In this document: in pieces, positions 1 through 10,018 of the stretch
Layout: every line of letters starts with the position of its first letter
How positions within the stretch are numbered: the stretch's first letter is position 1
Assembly (NCBI GenBank): GCA_963793265.1
Contig: CAWBZI010000006.1
Span: forward strand, 192,001 to 256,000
Reading direction: 5' to 3'
Source: an uncultured cyanobacterium
GTDB lineage: Bacteria > Cyanobacteriota > Cyanobacteriia > Phormidesmidales > Phormidesmidaceae
Length of the DNA: 64,000 nucleotides
The notes under the pieces: model-generated
Database searches by the model: none
What the model was told of the DNA's origin: nothing
What the model saw: only the letters and a program-made list of their open reading frames with translations
Translations under genes and position numbers: made by a program

Positions 1-1
1 G

Positions 2-538
2 AAAACGCTAGAGCCGATTACGGGAGACGATGGCATGGTGATTGTGCCAGATACCACGTTTGCAGACTGTCCGCCTGTCGATGTCATCTGTATCGGCGGC
101 GGTCGCGGGCAGAGCGCGATTATAGATGACGCTGAGATCCTTGATTTTCTGAAGGCGCAGGGTAACAGCGCCAAGTTCGTAACCTCTGTCTGCGGCGGCT
201 CTGAGTTTCTTGCCAAAGCAGGGCTGCTCGAAGGCTATCGCGCCGCCACTCATTGGGCAATGCGCCCACAGCTCGCCAAGCTAGGTATTGAAGTCGGCAC
301 GGAGCGCGTGGTTGTTGATCGCAATCGAACGACGGGCGGCGGCGTCACCGCCGGGATTGATTTTGGGCTGGCGGTTGCTGAAGCGCTCTATGGTAAAGAT
401 GTGGCCAAAATCAGCCAGCTTTTGATGGAGTACGATCCAGCGCCGCCTTATGACGTGGGTTCGCCTGAAAAAGCTGGGCCTGAGCTGGTAGAAAAAGCGA
501 TGCAGTACATGGCTCAGACTATGGGTGCAACGCTATGA
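2..538 (+). CDS. DJ-1/PfpI family protein (isonitrile hydratase-like), 5'-truncated by the window edge
   Basis: The frame is open from position 2 (KTLEPITGDDGMVI...). Motifs include DVICIGGG, TSVCGGS (nucleophile Cys), ATHW, GGGVTAGIDF and EYDPAPP. Confidence 0.9.
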   Translation, partial: KTLEPITGDDGMVIVPDTTFADCPPVDVICIGGGRGQSAIIDDAEILDFLKAQGNSAKFVTSVCGGSEFLAKAGLLEGYRAATHWAMRPQLAKLGIEVGTERVVVDRNRTTGGGVTAGIDFGLAVAEALYGKDVAKISQLLMEYDPAPPYDVGSPEKAGPELVEKAMQYMAQTMGATL

Positions 539-697
539 CGACTCATGGTTCTTCCTGTTACTTCTACAGTTCGTGACAGCGCATGTTCAACAGCCATTAC
601 CGCTAGGCATCCTACATCCGCTCACCGGGCTCATCTTGTTTACGACTTCTACAACGCTTATTCATTGAGCCATGCCATTTGTGATGGGTCACTTAGT

Positions 698-1010
698 CTG
701 ATGTTCTTAACTGAGCAGCCTCTACTTTTTTAAAGCGAGTGCGGATTGGCTATGCGAGATTGACTGGGGCGATCGCCGAATTGAAAGCTGGGAGGATAAG
801 GAATATGGTGCTGTATGGTCGCGCCATGCATATCTAGATGCTGATGCAGGTTGCATAGAAGTCGAACTTAGCTTTGGTCAGGCAGAGTGGGCCTCTATTG
901 CCCCGTTAGGTCCAGGTACTCAGCGAGTTGTACGCGACGGTTTCTGCATCCTTTATGATCCACAAGAAAGACTCACGCAGCTAGTGTGCTTTGTCTTGCA
1001 GCAAAGCTGA
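698..1010 (+). pseudogene. Remnant of a nucleotidyltransferase-domain (aminoglycoside adenylyltransferase-like) gene
   Basis: LMFLTEQPLLF is followed by a +1 shift in the T-run at about 726-731. The new frame reads KASADWLCEIDW...EYGAVWSRH...EVELSFGQAEWAS...GTQRVVRDGFCILYDP...TGA at 1008-1010. No N-terminal GS/DxD motif is present. Confidence 0.55.
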
Positions 1011-1089
1011 TAATTGAAAATTCATAGTGTATCAGCACACATAGACTGGCAGAATCAATAGGTTCAGCAATTTAGCGAGCTGCATTGTA

Positions 1090-1122
1090 TGTATTTACAA
1101 GGTAAATACACTTAGCTATACT
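1090..1122 (+). promoter_or_regulatory. Probable toxin-antitoxin operator/promoter
   Basis: Perfect inverted repeat TGTATTTAC-aag-GTAAATACA (1090-1110), then a -10-like TATACT (1117-1122) 7 nt before the toxin ATG. Confidence 0.65.
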
Positions 1123-1129
1123 GCTTCCT

Positions 1130-1426
1130 ATGGATGTGTCCTTCTCGCTCAACGGCATCACCTTTGTCTGGAACGACCAAAAGGCAAGCGCTAACCTGCT
1201 CAAGCACGATGGCATCACTTTTCCTCAAGCTGCCGAAGCTTTCTTCGACCCTCTTCTAGTTGTTGTCGATGCCAGCCGTAACGATGAAGCAAGGGACGCG
1301 ATCATTGCGCTAGATAAGAGATGGAACCTCTTATTCGTTGTGTTCGTTGAGCGAGAAGACGACTACATCCGAATTATCTCTGCTCGCAAAGCGACTCGAC
1401 AGGAGCGCGAATACTATGAAGCCTGA
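1130..1426 (+). CDS. brnT: BrnT family toxin (DUF497, RelE-fold ribonuclease)
   Basis: Signature FVWNDQKASANLLKHDGITF...A F.DP...IRIISARKATRQEREYY. Confidence 0.9.
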   Translation: MDVSFSLNGITFVWNDQKASANLLKHDGITFPQAAEAFFDPLLVVVDASRNDEARDAIIALDKRWNLLFVVFVEREDDYIRIISARKATRQEREYYEA

Positions 1427-1700
1427 TGCTCTCAAAAAAAGACTCAAACGCGATCGCCCGATGACAACGGTCACCATTCGGATGCCTGAAGATGTAATTG
1501 AAGATCTTAAACGAGTAGCACCCATTTTGGGATTCTCCGGTTATCAGCCGCTCGCACGGACTTACATTGGCCAAGGCTTACGCAGCGATTTAGAACGACT
1601 AGAAAACGACACTGTTTCTTCCTTAGTTGAGAGTTTGAAGCGACATGGTGTCGGAGATGATGTCATTCAAGAAGCACTCAATGAAGTCGTAAACGGATGA
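1416..1700 (+). CDS. Cognate antitoxin (BrnA/CopG-like ribbon-helix-helix)
   Basis: ATG at 1416 overlaps the toxin 3' end. The RHH-like segment reads MTTVTIRMPEDVIEDLKRVA..GYQPL.R.YI. Confidence 0.8.
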   Translation: MKPDALKKRLKRDRPMTTVTIRMPEDVIEDLKRVAPILGFSGYQPLARTYIGQGLRSDLERLENDTVSSLVESLKRHGVGDDVIQEALNEVVNG

Positions 1701-2596
1701 CTCTCCTACTTATCCATTCTTTTTGGAAGGTCACGATGAAGACAACAAATTTGCTGACTCTACCTGATAATCGGCAGTTAGCCTATGCAGAGTACGGCGA
1801 CCCCAACGGACATCCCGTTTTCTATTTTCATGGCGGCGGAAGTTCTCGTTTAGAGCCCTTGCTGTTAGGCGATGAAGTATTTATCCAATTAGGCTTACGA
1901 CTGATTGCGCCAGATCGCCCAGGAATAGGACGATCAGACTTCCAGTCGAATCGCGAATTTTCTGACTGGACGAAAGATGTCACGTTTCTTGCTGATGTCT
2001 TGGAGCTAGACAAATTTTCAGTGATGGGCGTTTCATCAGGCGGCGGCTATACCGCTGCCTGTGCTGCAAAGATTCCTCATCGATTATATTCAGCCGTGAT
2101 CGTCTCAGGTGCATGGGAATTTACAACGGCGGATTTGCTGAAGCACAAGCGTTGGGGTCTGATTTTAATCAAATATTTTCCCTGGCTGTATCAAGCCTCA
2201 ATGAGATTGACGCAGCGATCGCTCAATAGTCCTCCAGACAAACTATTAAACACCCTCAAAAACACACTTCCAGCAGCAGATTACGCGATATTAAAATCAC
2301 CCGGTCGGATAGAAAAAAGCTGTGAGGCTTTGAACGAAGGACTTCGTTCAGGAACGCAAGGAACTGCTTATGATCTTCAGCTTTACTCCAGAAAGTGGGA
2401 CTTTAGTTTAGATGAAATTCAGATGCCGCTGACACTGTTCTATGGCGAAGAGGATAAGAATGTTCCGCTTGAGTTAGTAAAGCGAACTGCTGCAACTCTG
2501 CCAACGGCAAAGCTAGTGCTGTATCCCAATGAAGGCCATATCTCAGTGGTTATAAATCAGATTGAAGCAATTGCCAAAGCGCTTCTCAGTGAATAA
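1697..2596 (+). CDS. Alpha/beta fold hydrolase (alternative start 1736)
   Basis: Motifs LAYAEYGDP.G.PVFYFHG, PDRPGIGRS, nucleophile GVSSGG, GEEDKNVP and EGHIS. Confidence 0.9.
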   Translation: MTLLLIHSFWKVTMKTTNLLTLPDNRQLAYAEYGDPNGHPVFYFHGGGSSRLEPLLLGDEVFIQLGLRLIAPDRPGIGRSDFQSNREFSDWTKDVTFLADVLELDKFSVMGVSSGGGYTAACAAKIPHRLYSAVIVSGAWEFTTADLLKHKRWGLILIKYFPWLYQASMRLTQRSLNSPPDKLLNTLKNTLPAADYAILKSPGRIEKSCEALNEGLRSGTQGTAYDLQLYSRKWDFSLDEIQMPLTLFYGEEDKNVPLELVKRTAATLPTAKLVLYPNEGHISVVINQIEAIAKALLSE

Positions 2597-2879
2597 TAGC
2601 CTTGTACTTGTGTTGGCGGTAGTGCGGTCTGACAATGCGGACTCATTCATTCTCATCAATATATATTTAATTATATATTTAATTGTCTATAGGAATCATC
2701 GAAAAAGCGCTTATGCCTATTGACTTTTTAATTAACATTCACGTTCGTATGCCTTTATGTTGATTAGGATCGGTTCTGATGCGCAATCGACTTCACTTAT
2801 TTGGTCAACACTTTGACAGCTAAGCTGATTTCTGAATGCCAGCATCACTTTTCCATGCGTCCATGAAAGACATTTTGTC

Positions 2880-5624
2880 ATGATTGAAAGAAAAGAGAAA
2901 AGTCAACCATCACCCTCGCCATTTCACGAGGTGGTTGTTTCTAAAATCGTTGCGCATCTAGGTAGCAACCTAGAAAAGGGCTTAAGCGCCGAAGCTGTTG
3001 TGAAGCGCTATGAAACCGATGGACGAAATGAACTCCCCGTTCAACCTGGAAAACCCGCTTGGCTCCAGTTTCTGCTGCAGTTTAACCAGCCGCTGCTTTA
3101 TATTTTGTTGATCGCAGGGGCGGTCAAAGCCGCTTTGGGTTCTTGGACAAATGCAGGCGTCATTTGGGGCGTGACGGTTCTCAACGCCATTATTGGCTAT
3201 GTTCAAGAAGCCAAAGCCGAAGATGCGATCGCCTCATTGGCTCAAGCTGTCACCACCGAAGCCACCGTGCTACGCGACGGGCAAACGCTGTCAGTCCCTT
3301 CGCGAGACTTGGTTGTCGGCGATGTCGTGCTGCTCACCTCGGGCGACAAAGTTCCTGCCGATGTCAGACTCTTCAAAACCCGAAACTTGCAGGTAGATGA
3401 ATCAGCCCTAACCGGAGAATCTTTACCCATTGAAAAAGGGGTTCATCCTCTCCCGTCAGAAACGCCCCTGGCAGAACGGTCAAACATGGCCTATGCCGGT
3501 AGCTTTGTCACTTTTGGGCAAGGCAGAGGCGTGGTGGTAGCGACAGCAGAAGCCACAGAAGTTGGTCAGATCTCTCGATCGATGAACCGTGGCGTCAATT
3601 TGAGTACGCCGCTCACCCATAAGTTTGCGAAGTTTAGCCGTCTGTTGCTCTACGCCATTTTGGCGCTAGCGACCCTTACGTTTGCAATTGGACTAGGGCA
3701 AGGCGAGTCTTGGGAATATCTGTTTGAGGCGGTCGTGGCGCTGGCGGTCAGTGCCATTCCAGAAGGCTTACCTGCGGTGGTCACCATCACCCTCGCAATT
3801 GGCGTTAATCGTATGGCGCAGCGCAACGCCATCGTCCGCAAGCTGCCAGCTGTAGAAGCGCTCGGGAGTACAACAGTCATCTGCTCCGATAAGACCGGGA
3901 CGCTGACGGAGAATCAGATGACCGTACAGGCAGTTTATGCAGGTAAGCAACACTATCGCGTGAGCGGCAGTAGTTACAGTCCCCACGGACAAATTGTTCC
4001 TTTGTCGGGTAAGAGGGCACATGAAAAAGAAAATCCATTCGAGGATGGACTGCCGAGTGCGCTAAAAGAATGCTTGACAGCGGGGGTGTTGTGCAACGAC
4101 GCTCAGCTCAACCACGACGGCGAGCAATGGTCTGTTGTCGGCGATCCGACCGAAGGGGCACTGCTCGCATCGGCGGTTAAAGCAGATTTAACACAGGTAG
4201 GGCTTGCCGCTCAAAAGCCACGCTTAGATTCGATTCCGTTTGAGTCGCAGTATCAGTACATGGCAACTTTGCACGATGCAGCGTTTCGGGTAATTTATGT
4301 CAAAGGTTCTGTTGAAGCTATCGTGAGTCGATGCGGGCAGATGCTGATGTCCCAAGGGAAAGCTGTCTCACTAGATAGAGAGGCTATTGAACAGGCGCTT
4401 GAGACGATGACAGATCAAGCGCTGAGAGTGTTGGCCTTTGCTTACAAGCAGGTCGATGCTCATACCCACGCGATTGAACATGACGACATCGAGACAGATT
4501 TGGTGTTTCTTGGCTTGCAGGGCATGATTGACCCGCCGCGGCCAGAGGCGATCGCTGCTGTTCAAGCGTGCCAAAACGCGGGCATCCGCATCAAGATGAT
4601 TACCGGCGATCATATTTCTACGGCGCGAGCGATCGCCCACCGTATGAATATTCAACAAACCGATGAGGTAATCGCCTTTGAAGGCCGCGCGTTAGTCTCT
4701 ATGCCAGACGATGAGCTGACCAGAGCCGTTGAATTGGGAGATGTTTTTGCCAGAGTCGCCCCTGCCCAAAAGCTACGGCTGGTGGAAGCGCTACAGGCAA
4801 AAGGAGAGATTGTCGCGATGACTGGGGATGGCGTGAACGATGCGCCCGCCCTAAAGCAAGCAGATATTGGCATTGCGATGGGCAAAGGCGGTACTGAAGT
4901 CGCCAGAGAAGCCGCCGATATGATCCTGACAGATGATAATTTTGCCTCTATTGAGACTGCCGTAGAAGAAGGCCGCACAGTCTATCAGAATTTGCGGAAG
5001 GCGATCGCGTTTCTACTGCCGGTCAATGGCGGTGAGTCCATGACCATTCTCATCAGTGTCTTGTTAGCAAGAGACTTACCTATTCTCTCGCTACAGGTGC
5101 TTTGGCTCAATATGATCAATTCTTTGACGATGACGGTGCCGCTGGCGTTTGAACCTAAATCCACAAGTTCAATGCAGCAGCCTCCCCGAAATCCAAAAGA
5201 GCCGCTAATTACAGGGCGACTGCTCAAACGAATTCTGTTGGTTTCTCTATTCAACTGGATTCTTATTTTCGGCATGTTTGAATGGGCAGAAGCGGCCTTT
5301 GGCAGTACGGTAGTGGCACGAACAATGGCGATTCAGGCATTAGTGGCGGCTCGAATTGTTTATTTGCTCAGCATTAGCCAGTTGGGAGCCGGACTGACAG
5401 GCTGGCTGCGCGATCGGTCGGTATCAGTGACAAATGCACCTTTTTTGCTCTGGGGGATTGCAGGTGCGATCGCCCTGCAAGTCGTTTTTAGCCAATGGCC
5501 CTTAATGAATACGCTCTTCGAAACCGCGCCGCTGACATGGGGACAATGGTTAATTTGTTTATTGCCGATGCTGCCGATGTTGCCCTTTGCCGTTTTAGTG
5601 GATCGAGTTGACTCACAGCATTAG
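2880..5624 (+). CDS. Cation-transporting P-type ATPase (type IIA, Ca2+/Na+-like)
   Basis: Motifs TGES, IPEGL, phosphorylation site CSDKTGT, KGS, DPPR, MITGD and [12 protein letters not shown], plus about 10 transmembrane segments. Confidence 0.95.
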   Translation: MIERKEKSQPSPSPFHEVVVSKIVAHLGSNLEKGLSAEAVVKRYETDGRNELPVQPGKPAWLQFLLQFNQPLLYILLIAGAVKAALGSWTNAGVIWGVTVLNAIIGYVQEAKAEDAIASLAQAVTTEATVLRDGQTLSVPSRDLVVGDVVLLTSGDKVPADVRLFKTRNLQVDESALTGESLPIEKGVHPLPSETPLAERSNMAYAGSFVTFGQGRGVVVATAEATEVGQISRSMNRGVNLSTPLTHKFAKFSRLLLYAILALATLTFAIGLGQGESWEYLFEAVVALAVSAIPEGLPAVVTITLAIGVNRMAQRNAIVRKLPAVEALGSTTVICSDKTGTLTENQMTVQAVYAGKQHYRVSGSSYSPHGQIVPLSGKRAHEKENPFEDGLPSALKECLTAGVLCNDAQLNHDGEQWSVVGDPTEGALLASAVKADLTQVGLAAQKPRLDSIPFESQYQYMATLHDAAFRVIYVKGSVEAIVSRCGQMLMSQGKAVSLDREAIEQALETMTDQALRVLAFAYKQVDAHTHAIEHDDIETDLVFLGLQGMIDPPRPEAIAAVQACQNAGIRIKMITGDHISTARAIAHRMNIQQTDEVIAFEGRALVSMPDDELTRAVELGDVFARVAPAQKLRLVEALQAKGEIVAMTGDGVNDAPALKQADIGIAMGKGGTEVAREAADMILTDDNFASIETAVEEGRTVYQNLRKAIAFLLPVNGGESMTILISVLLARDLPILSLQVLWLNMINSLTMTVPLAFEPKSTSSMQQPPRNPKEPLITGRLLKRILLVSLFNWILIFGMFEWAEAAFGSTVVARTMAIQALVAARIVYLLSISQLGAGLTGWLRDRSVSVTNAPFLLWGIAGAIALQVVFSQWPLMNTLFETAPLTWGQWLICLLPMLPMLPFAVLVDRVDSQH

Positions 5625-5699
5625 GGGCAGTGTTGAGGGCGACCGTCTGTTCAAAGAAACTGATTCAATACGTTGTACTAAAAGTAATCCTTAGAGGTA

Positions 5700-6161
5700 A
5701 TGACTCAAATGATCAACAAGATTTTAGTAGCCCTGGACTACGGTGATACCTGTCAGAGCGTTTTTGAACAGGCCATAAGCTTGGCACAGGCAACGCAATC
5801 TGCGCTAAAAATGCTGAACGTTTTAGCTTTTGAACGAGATTACAGTTTGTCTTCTCCCTATTCCGATCAGGATTGGAGAACTTATCAAACGCAATACAAG
5901 GCGCTAGAAACCGGAAGCTCAAAACAACTAGAGGAGTTTGCTCAGCAGGCAAAAGAAGCTGGGGTCGCAGCTGAGGTTACGCAGAAGATTGGAAATGCAG
6001 GGCCAGTGATTTGCGAGTTGGGCAAAGCTTGGAAAGCAGATTTAATTATTGTAGGTAGTCATGGTCGAAAAGGATTAAGCGAAATGCTTCTAGGTAGCGT
6101 GAGTAACTATGTTGTGCATCACGCGACCTGTTCGGTTATGGTTGTTCACAAGCCAGACTGA
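5700..6161 (+). CDS. Universal stress protein (USP)
   Basis: KILVALD...ADLIIVGSHGRKGLSEMLLGSVSNYVVHHATCSVMVV. Confidence 0.95.
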   Translation: MTQMINKILVALDYGDTCQSVFEQAISLAQATQSALKMLNVLAFERDYSLSSPYSDQDWRTYQTQYKALETGSSKQLEEFAQQAKEAGVAAEVTQKIGNAGPVICELGKAWKADLIIVGSHGRKGLSEMLLGSVSNYVVHHATCSVMVVHKPD

Positions 6162-6212
6162 TATAAGTCTTGCAAATTGTGATCGCGCCTACAATTCCTA
6201 CCCCAAACTCAG

Positions 6213-7103
6213 TCACTTTCGATAGGCTTTGGGTGTCAGCCCTGTCATCTGACGGAAAAATTTTGTGAGATGGGTTTGATTTGCAAAGCCGCAATCTAAG
6301 GCGATGGTGCTAATTGTAATCGATTGATCTTCTAGTAATTGCTTGGCTCGCTCCACGCGTTGTTGCATCAAGTACCGATAGGGCGGGATGCCTGTTGACT
6401 GCTTGAAGGAGCGGCTAAAGTGAGATTCGCTCATGCCAGTTAGGGTCGCTAAATCCGAGATCGATAAATCTTGCGCCAAGTTCGCCTTCATATAGTCAAT
6501 GACTCGATTCAACTGTGATGGCGGTAACCCGTTGGCTTTGAACACGAGCGAAGGTTTGCTAGCTGCATAGTTCGACGCTAAGCGAGTAGCCAAGGCTGTT
6601 CCTAATGCCTCGCCATACAGCCTGCCGGACAGGCAGCCCGTTTGAATTTCTGTTTTGAGCGCGATCGCCAACTGCCGAATTACAGGATCATCAATTGAAA
6701 ACTGCGGAATCAGCTCTATTTCACGCTGCCTCAAGCCCTGAGTAGCTCGATTCAACAATGTCGGACAAATCGCAATCACCGAAAATTCGACTTCCCGATC
6801 CCAGTTTGTTGAATGATTCAGAAACGCTGGAATAATATCCACGCGACCGTTGCCATGAGCATATTGTCTAAATTTGCCGTCCAAACGACGTTCTGCCTTA
6901 AAGCAGCTTTTAGGATCTGTAATCACTAATGAATGCTGTAGAAGGCGATGCTCCATCGTTTCATGAGGAGGATGGCAGTAGTGAATGAAGGTCAACCCTT
7001 TCCATCCTGCACGATAGCTATCAACCAGGGGTGAGTGTGGAAGCATTCGCGCGGCTTCCTGTTGGTTTGTAAGATCAAGTGTGGCGGTTGCATGATTCAC
7101 CAT
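6213..7103 (-). CDS. AraC family transcriptional regulator
   Basis: C-terminal double HTH: LSISDLA...MSESHFSRSFKQSTG.PPYRY...IALDCGFANQTHL..FF...G.TPKAYR. Confidence 0.95.
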   Translation of the reverse strand: MVNHATATLDLTNQQEAARMLPHSPLVDSYRAGWKGLTFIHYCHPPHETMEHRLLQHSLVITDPKSCFKAERRLDGKFRQYAHGNGRVDIIPAFLNHSTNWDREVEFSVIAICPTLLNRATQGLRQREIELIPQFSIDDPVIRQLAIALKTEIQTGCLSGRLYGEALGTALATRLASNYAASKPSLVFKANGLPPSQLNRVIDYMKANLAQDLSISDLATLTGMSESHFSRSFKQSTGIPPYRYLMQQRVERAKQLLEDQSITISTIALDCGFANQTHLTKFFRQMTGLTPKAYRK

Positions 7104-7239
7104 AGGCTTTACACAATTAAAATTTCACAGTTCAAGATTTCATAGCCCAAGCAGGATTGGGATAGTTTTAGCAGAATTAGATGAGACGGCAGATTGAGGC
7201 TAAGTCTATTGTAGGGGTGCTCACTTCACCGAATCTCCT

Positions 7240-7622
7240 ATGCCAAATCAACCTGCACCAGAAATCGAGCTGCTACGCGGAGCGTACACGGCCTTTAACG
7301 CACGTGATATTGATGCGGCCCTTGCCCTCATGACGCCTGACGTGCACTGGCCGAGAGCTTTCAAAGGTGGTTTTGTCCGTGGGCCTGAAGAAGTCCGCGC
7401 TTACTGGACACAGCAGTGGAGTGAGATTAGCGGACACGTCGAGCCGGTTGCCTTTCATATAGAAAAAGATGGGCAGGTCTTAGTCGAGGTGCATCAGGTC
7501 GTGAAAATTTAGCCGGGGCTGTGCTTGCCGATGAGCACGTTGGTCATCGCTTCACCTTTGATCAAGGCTTGATTCAAGCGATGGAAGTTTGCCCGCTTTC
7601 GTCATCTAGCCAGGGTACATAA
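7240..7622 (+). pseudogene. SnoaL/NTF2-like domain protein, frameshifted (or sequencing indel)
   Basis: AYTAFNARDIDAAL..M.PDV.WP...VEVHQVV is broken at GTGAAAATTTAG (about 7504-7507). The -1 frame continues NLAGAVLADEHVGHRFTFDQGLIQAMEV to TAA at 7620-7622. Confidence 0.75.
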
Positions 7623-7680
7623 GCGCTTCTGATGACTTGCGCTACGCTGGCAGGTGCATGATAAAAGGCCAACATAGTCT

Positions 7681-8298
7681 ATGTTTTCAGGTCAAGTTGA
7701 ATTTGAGCCGACGGGTAATTCTCAAGCAGAAGGCTATCCGGCGCTGATTTGTCAGATTAGCGATCGCCGCCACCTCCGCCCGCTCAAACCTGAAGATGCC
7801 AGCGAATTATTTGCCCTAGTAGACGCCAATCGCAGCTATTTGCGACAGTGGTTACCCTGGCTAGACAGCAACCAAACTATAGATGATTCGCTCAACTTCA
7901 TTCGCACCTGCCTCGATCAAGCACAGGCAAAAAATGAATTTGTTTCAGCCATTTACGATGACGCCGAGCTTGTAGGGTTAATTGGACTTCATGCCACTAA
8001 CTGGGCCAATCGCTCCAGTGTTATTGGCTACTGGCTAGCCGAGCCCCAACAAGGAAAAGGAATTATCACCTGCGCCTGCAAAGCTATCTTGAATTACGGA
8101 TTTACCACCCTAAATTTGAATCGGATTGAAATTGCCTGTGCTACCCAAAATTTTCGTAGCCAGGCAGTTGCCAAAAGACTCGGGATCACATACGAGGGCA
8201 CACTGCGAGATGCCGAATGGCTCTACGACCATTTTGTAGACCATCGCATCTATTCAATGCTTCAGCGCGAGTGGTTCTCTAACCAACCATCTGCTTAG
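7681..8298 (+). CDS. GNAT N-acetyltransferase, RimJ/RimL family
   Basis: NRSYLRQWLPW, IGYWL...QGKGI, LNLNRIEI.CA..N.RS..VAKRLG..YEG.LR. Confidence 0.9.
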   Translation: MFSGQVEFEPTGNSQAEGYPALICQISDRRHLRPLKPEDASELFALVDANRSYLRQWLPWLDSNQTIDDSLNFIRTCLDQAQAKNEFVSAIYDDAELVGLIGLHATNWANRSSVIGYWLAEPQQGKGIITCACKAILNYGFTTLNLNRIEIACATQNFRSQAVAKRLGITYEGTLRDAEWLYDHFVDHRIYSMLQREWFSNQPSA

Positions 8299-8689
8299 CC
8301 TGCTGAATCCAAGCGGCCACCTCAGCCACACCCGGCGCTAAATCAGCCCGATTAAAAAGCTGAATTTGCAGCCGCAATAGCTGAGGATGTAGCCGCTGCA
8401 CGCTCATAATCGATAGCTGCTGTGGCGTACTCACCCCCGAATGAAGCAGTAGCCCGCAGTGCTGAGTGCCCACCCCCGGAATGCGGGCCAAATTAGCCAG
8501 CGCCGCCCACTTATTAATGTACTTAATATTGGTGTGCAGCCTTTGAGAAAGTTGCTGTCGCGCCGCGACGCTATTGCCCTGACGCAGCAAGTCGAATGTC
8601 GTGGTAATACCCGCTGCCGTAAGCTGGTCTACTTGCGGTTGGGTTAATCCAGGGAGCTTAGCGATGGAATGATTAGCAGATTGGAGCAT
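8279..8689 (-). CDS. DUF4332 (helix-hairpin-helix) domain protein
   Basis: LPGL...L..AGI.T..DLL...KW.ALA.L.RIPGVG.Q.CGLLLH.GV...WI.QA. Confidence 0.8.
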   Translation of the reverse strand: MLQSANHSIAKLPGLTQPQVDQLTAAGITTTFDLLRQGNSVAARQQLSQRLHTNIKYINKWAALANLARIPGVGTQHCGLLLHSGVSTPQQLSIMSVQRLHPQLLRLQIQLFNRADLAPGVAEVAAWIQQAKQMVG

Positions 8690-8880
8690 GGAGAGCGCGA
8701 TTAAAATTCAATAAAAAATAGATTAACTGTGCTTGTTTTGACGGCACGGTCGGGCACCATTTTTCTAACCTAGATGTCAGAAGCTAAATAGACGCTTAAA
8801 TAGATGCGTTCGAGTACGCGGCCCGAAACATTATGATCATCACGATAAAAGAAGCGATAGAAACATGTTACATTGGGGGC

Positions 8881-8954
8881 CGGGATGTAGCGCAGCTTGG
8901 TAGCGCGCCTGCTTTGGGAGCAGGATGTCGCAGGTTCGAATCCTGTCATCCCGA
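8881..8954 (+). tRNA. tRNA-Pro(TGG)
   Basis: Acceptor stem CGGGATG/CATCCCG, D-arm GCGCAGCTTGGTAGCGC, anticodon arm CCTGC-TTTGGGA-GCAGG and T-loop GGTTCGAATCC. CCA is not encoded. Confidence 0.97.
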
Positions 8955-9124
8955 TTTTTTAGCGTATTTATTCATAGCTTTTTAGTAGCTATCGCCAGGC
9001 AGGTCAATTTATTAATTGTCCACGTTCGCTTGAGTGAAGTTCAGCGGCTCGCCCATTATTAACTTGTCAAAAAGACAACAATCTACATACTTACGTTATT
9101 TCAAACCTGCCACTAGGAGGATCT

Positions 9125-9928
9125 ATGAAATCTTTCATCGGCCATTCAATGGCCCGCCTATCCACTGCGAAAGCAGCCCAAACGACCGCCCAAAAGATAT
9201 TACAGACCCTCACCAAAACAGCAGCTATTAGTGTGCTCGGTGCTAGCCTTCTTGGCATCGGTATCGCCACAAACCCCGCGCTTGCTCTCACCACAGAGCA
9301 GGTCGGCGAAAAACTCGCTAGAGTACCTGTTTACGTTTTAGGTAGCGAAAACGGCTTAGTGCTAATCTCTGCGAATACCGAAGGCGAAGAGAGTAAGCCT
9401 CGCCTGCTGGTCTTTATGGCCGAGCAAGACGCAACCGCTTTTTTAGCCAGAGAGAACGCTAATAATCCTGAGTTTGCACCTGACGCAGAAGTTTCACTTA
9501 TTAGCCTCGAAGCTCTTTATCAAGAAACTCAGGCCAACGCCGAGCAAGATTTTAAGCTGGCCTACGTTCCTGAAGCAAGCGAAGTGACTCAGGCTGCTGA
9601 GGTGAATGACGAGTATCAAGGCGGCGTGCCTTTGTTCTATGCTCAGTTTGAAGATGGCTCGCTGGTGCCTGCCCCTCAAGAAAACGGTGAGCCAGTTTAT
9701 CCGATGTTCTTTTCTAGCGCAGATTTAGAAGCTCAGCTCGATAACCTAGCAGAGCAAAATCCTGAAGTTCGCGCGACCGTGAGCATCGGCGTACTACCGC
9801 TAGAAAACATGCTGCTAGAGATGCAGAATAACGACTACGAAACGCTTGAGCGCATTCAGCTACTGCCTGATTCGCAGACAATAGAGGCGATTCGGAGTAA
9901 TCCTGAAGCGCAGCCGCAGCCGCAGTAG
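9125..9928 (+). CDS. Tic22 family periplasmic protein
   Basis: Signal peptide ending PALA, then LT.EQV.EKL..VPVY, GVPLFYA and YPMFFS..DL. Confidence 0.8.
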   Translation: MKSFIGHSMARLSTAKAAQTTAQKILQTLTKTAAISVLGASLLGIGIATNPALALTTEQVGEKLARVPVYVLGSENGLVLISANTEGEESKPRLLVFMAEQDATAFLARENANNPEFAPDAEVSLISLEALYQETQANAEQDFKLAYVPEASEVTQAAEVNDEYQGGVPLFYAQFEDGSLVPAPQENGEPVYPMFFSSADLEAQLDNLAEQNPEVRATVSIGVLPLENMLLEMQNNDYETLERIQLLPDSQTIEAIRSNPEAQPQPQ

Positions 9929-9958
9929 TAGGCGATCGCAACAATCCAATTTACCCCT

Positions 9959-10001
9959 CCCCTTAGCGAACAGCTCTCAAGCCAATTGCTAGGGGGTTTT
10001 T
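9959..10001 (+). terminator. Rho-independent terminator after the Tic22 gene
   Basis: Imperfect stem CCCCTTAGC.../TTGCTAGGGGG followed by TTTTT. Confidence 0.55.
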
Positions 10002-10018
10002 GATATTCAATCTATTAA

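Noticed and set aside
1338..1415. Extended N-terminus of the antitoxin
   Set aside because: It lies deep inside the toxin gene; ATG 1416, with AGGAG upstream, is more plausible.
8881..8954. tRNA-Pro as integration site of a genomic island covering the accessory genes at 0-8 kb
   Set aside because: No integrase and no duplicated tRNA 3' end were found, and the accessory genes lie 5' of the tRNA.
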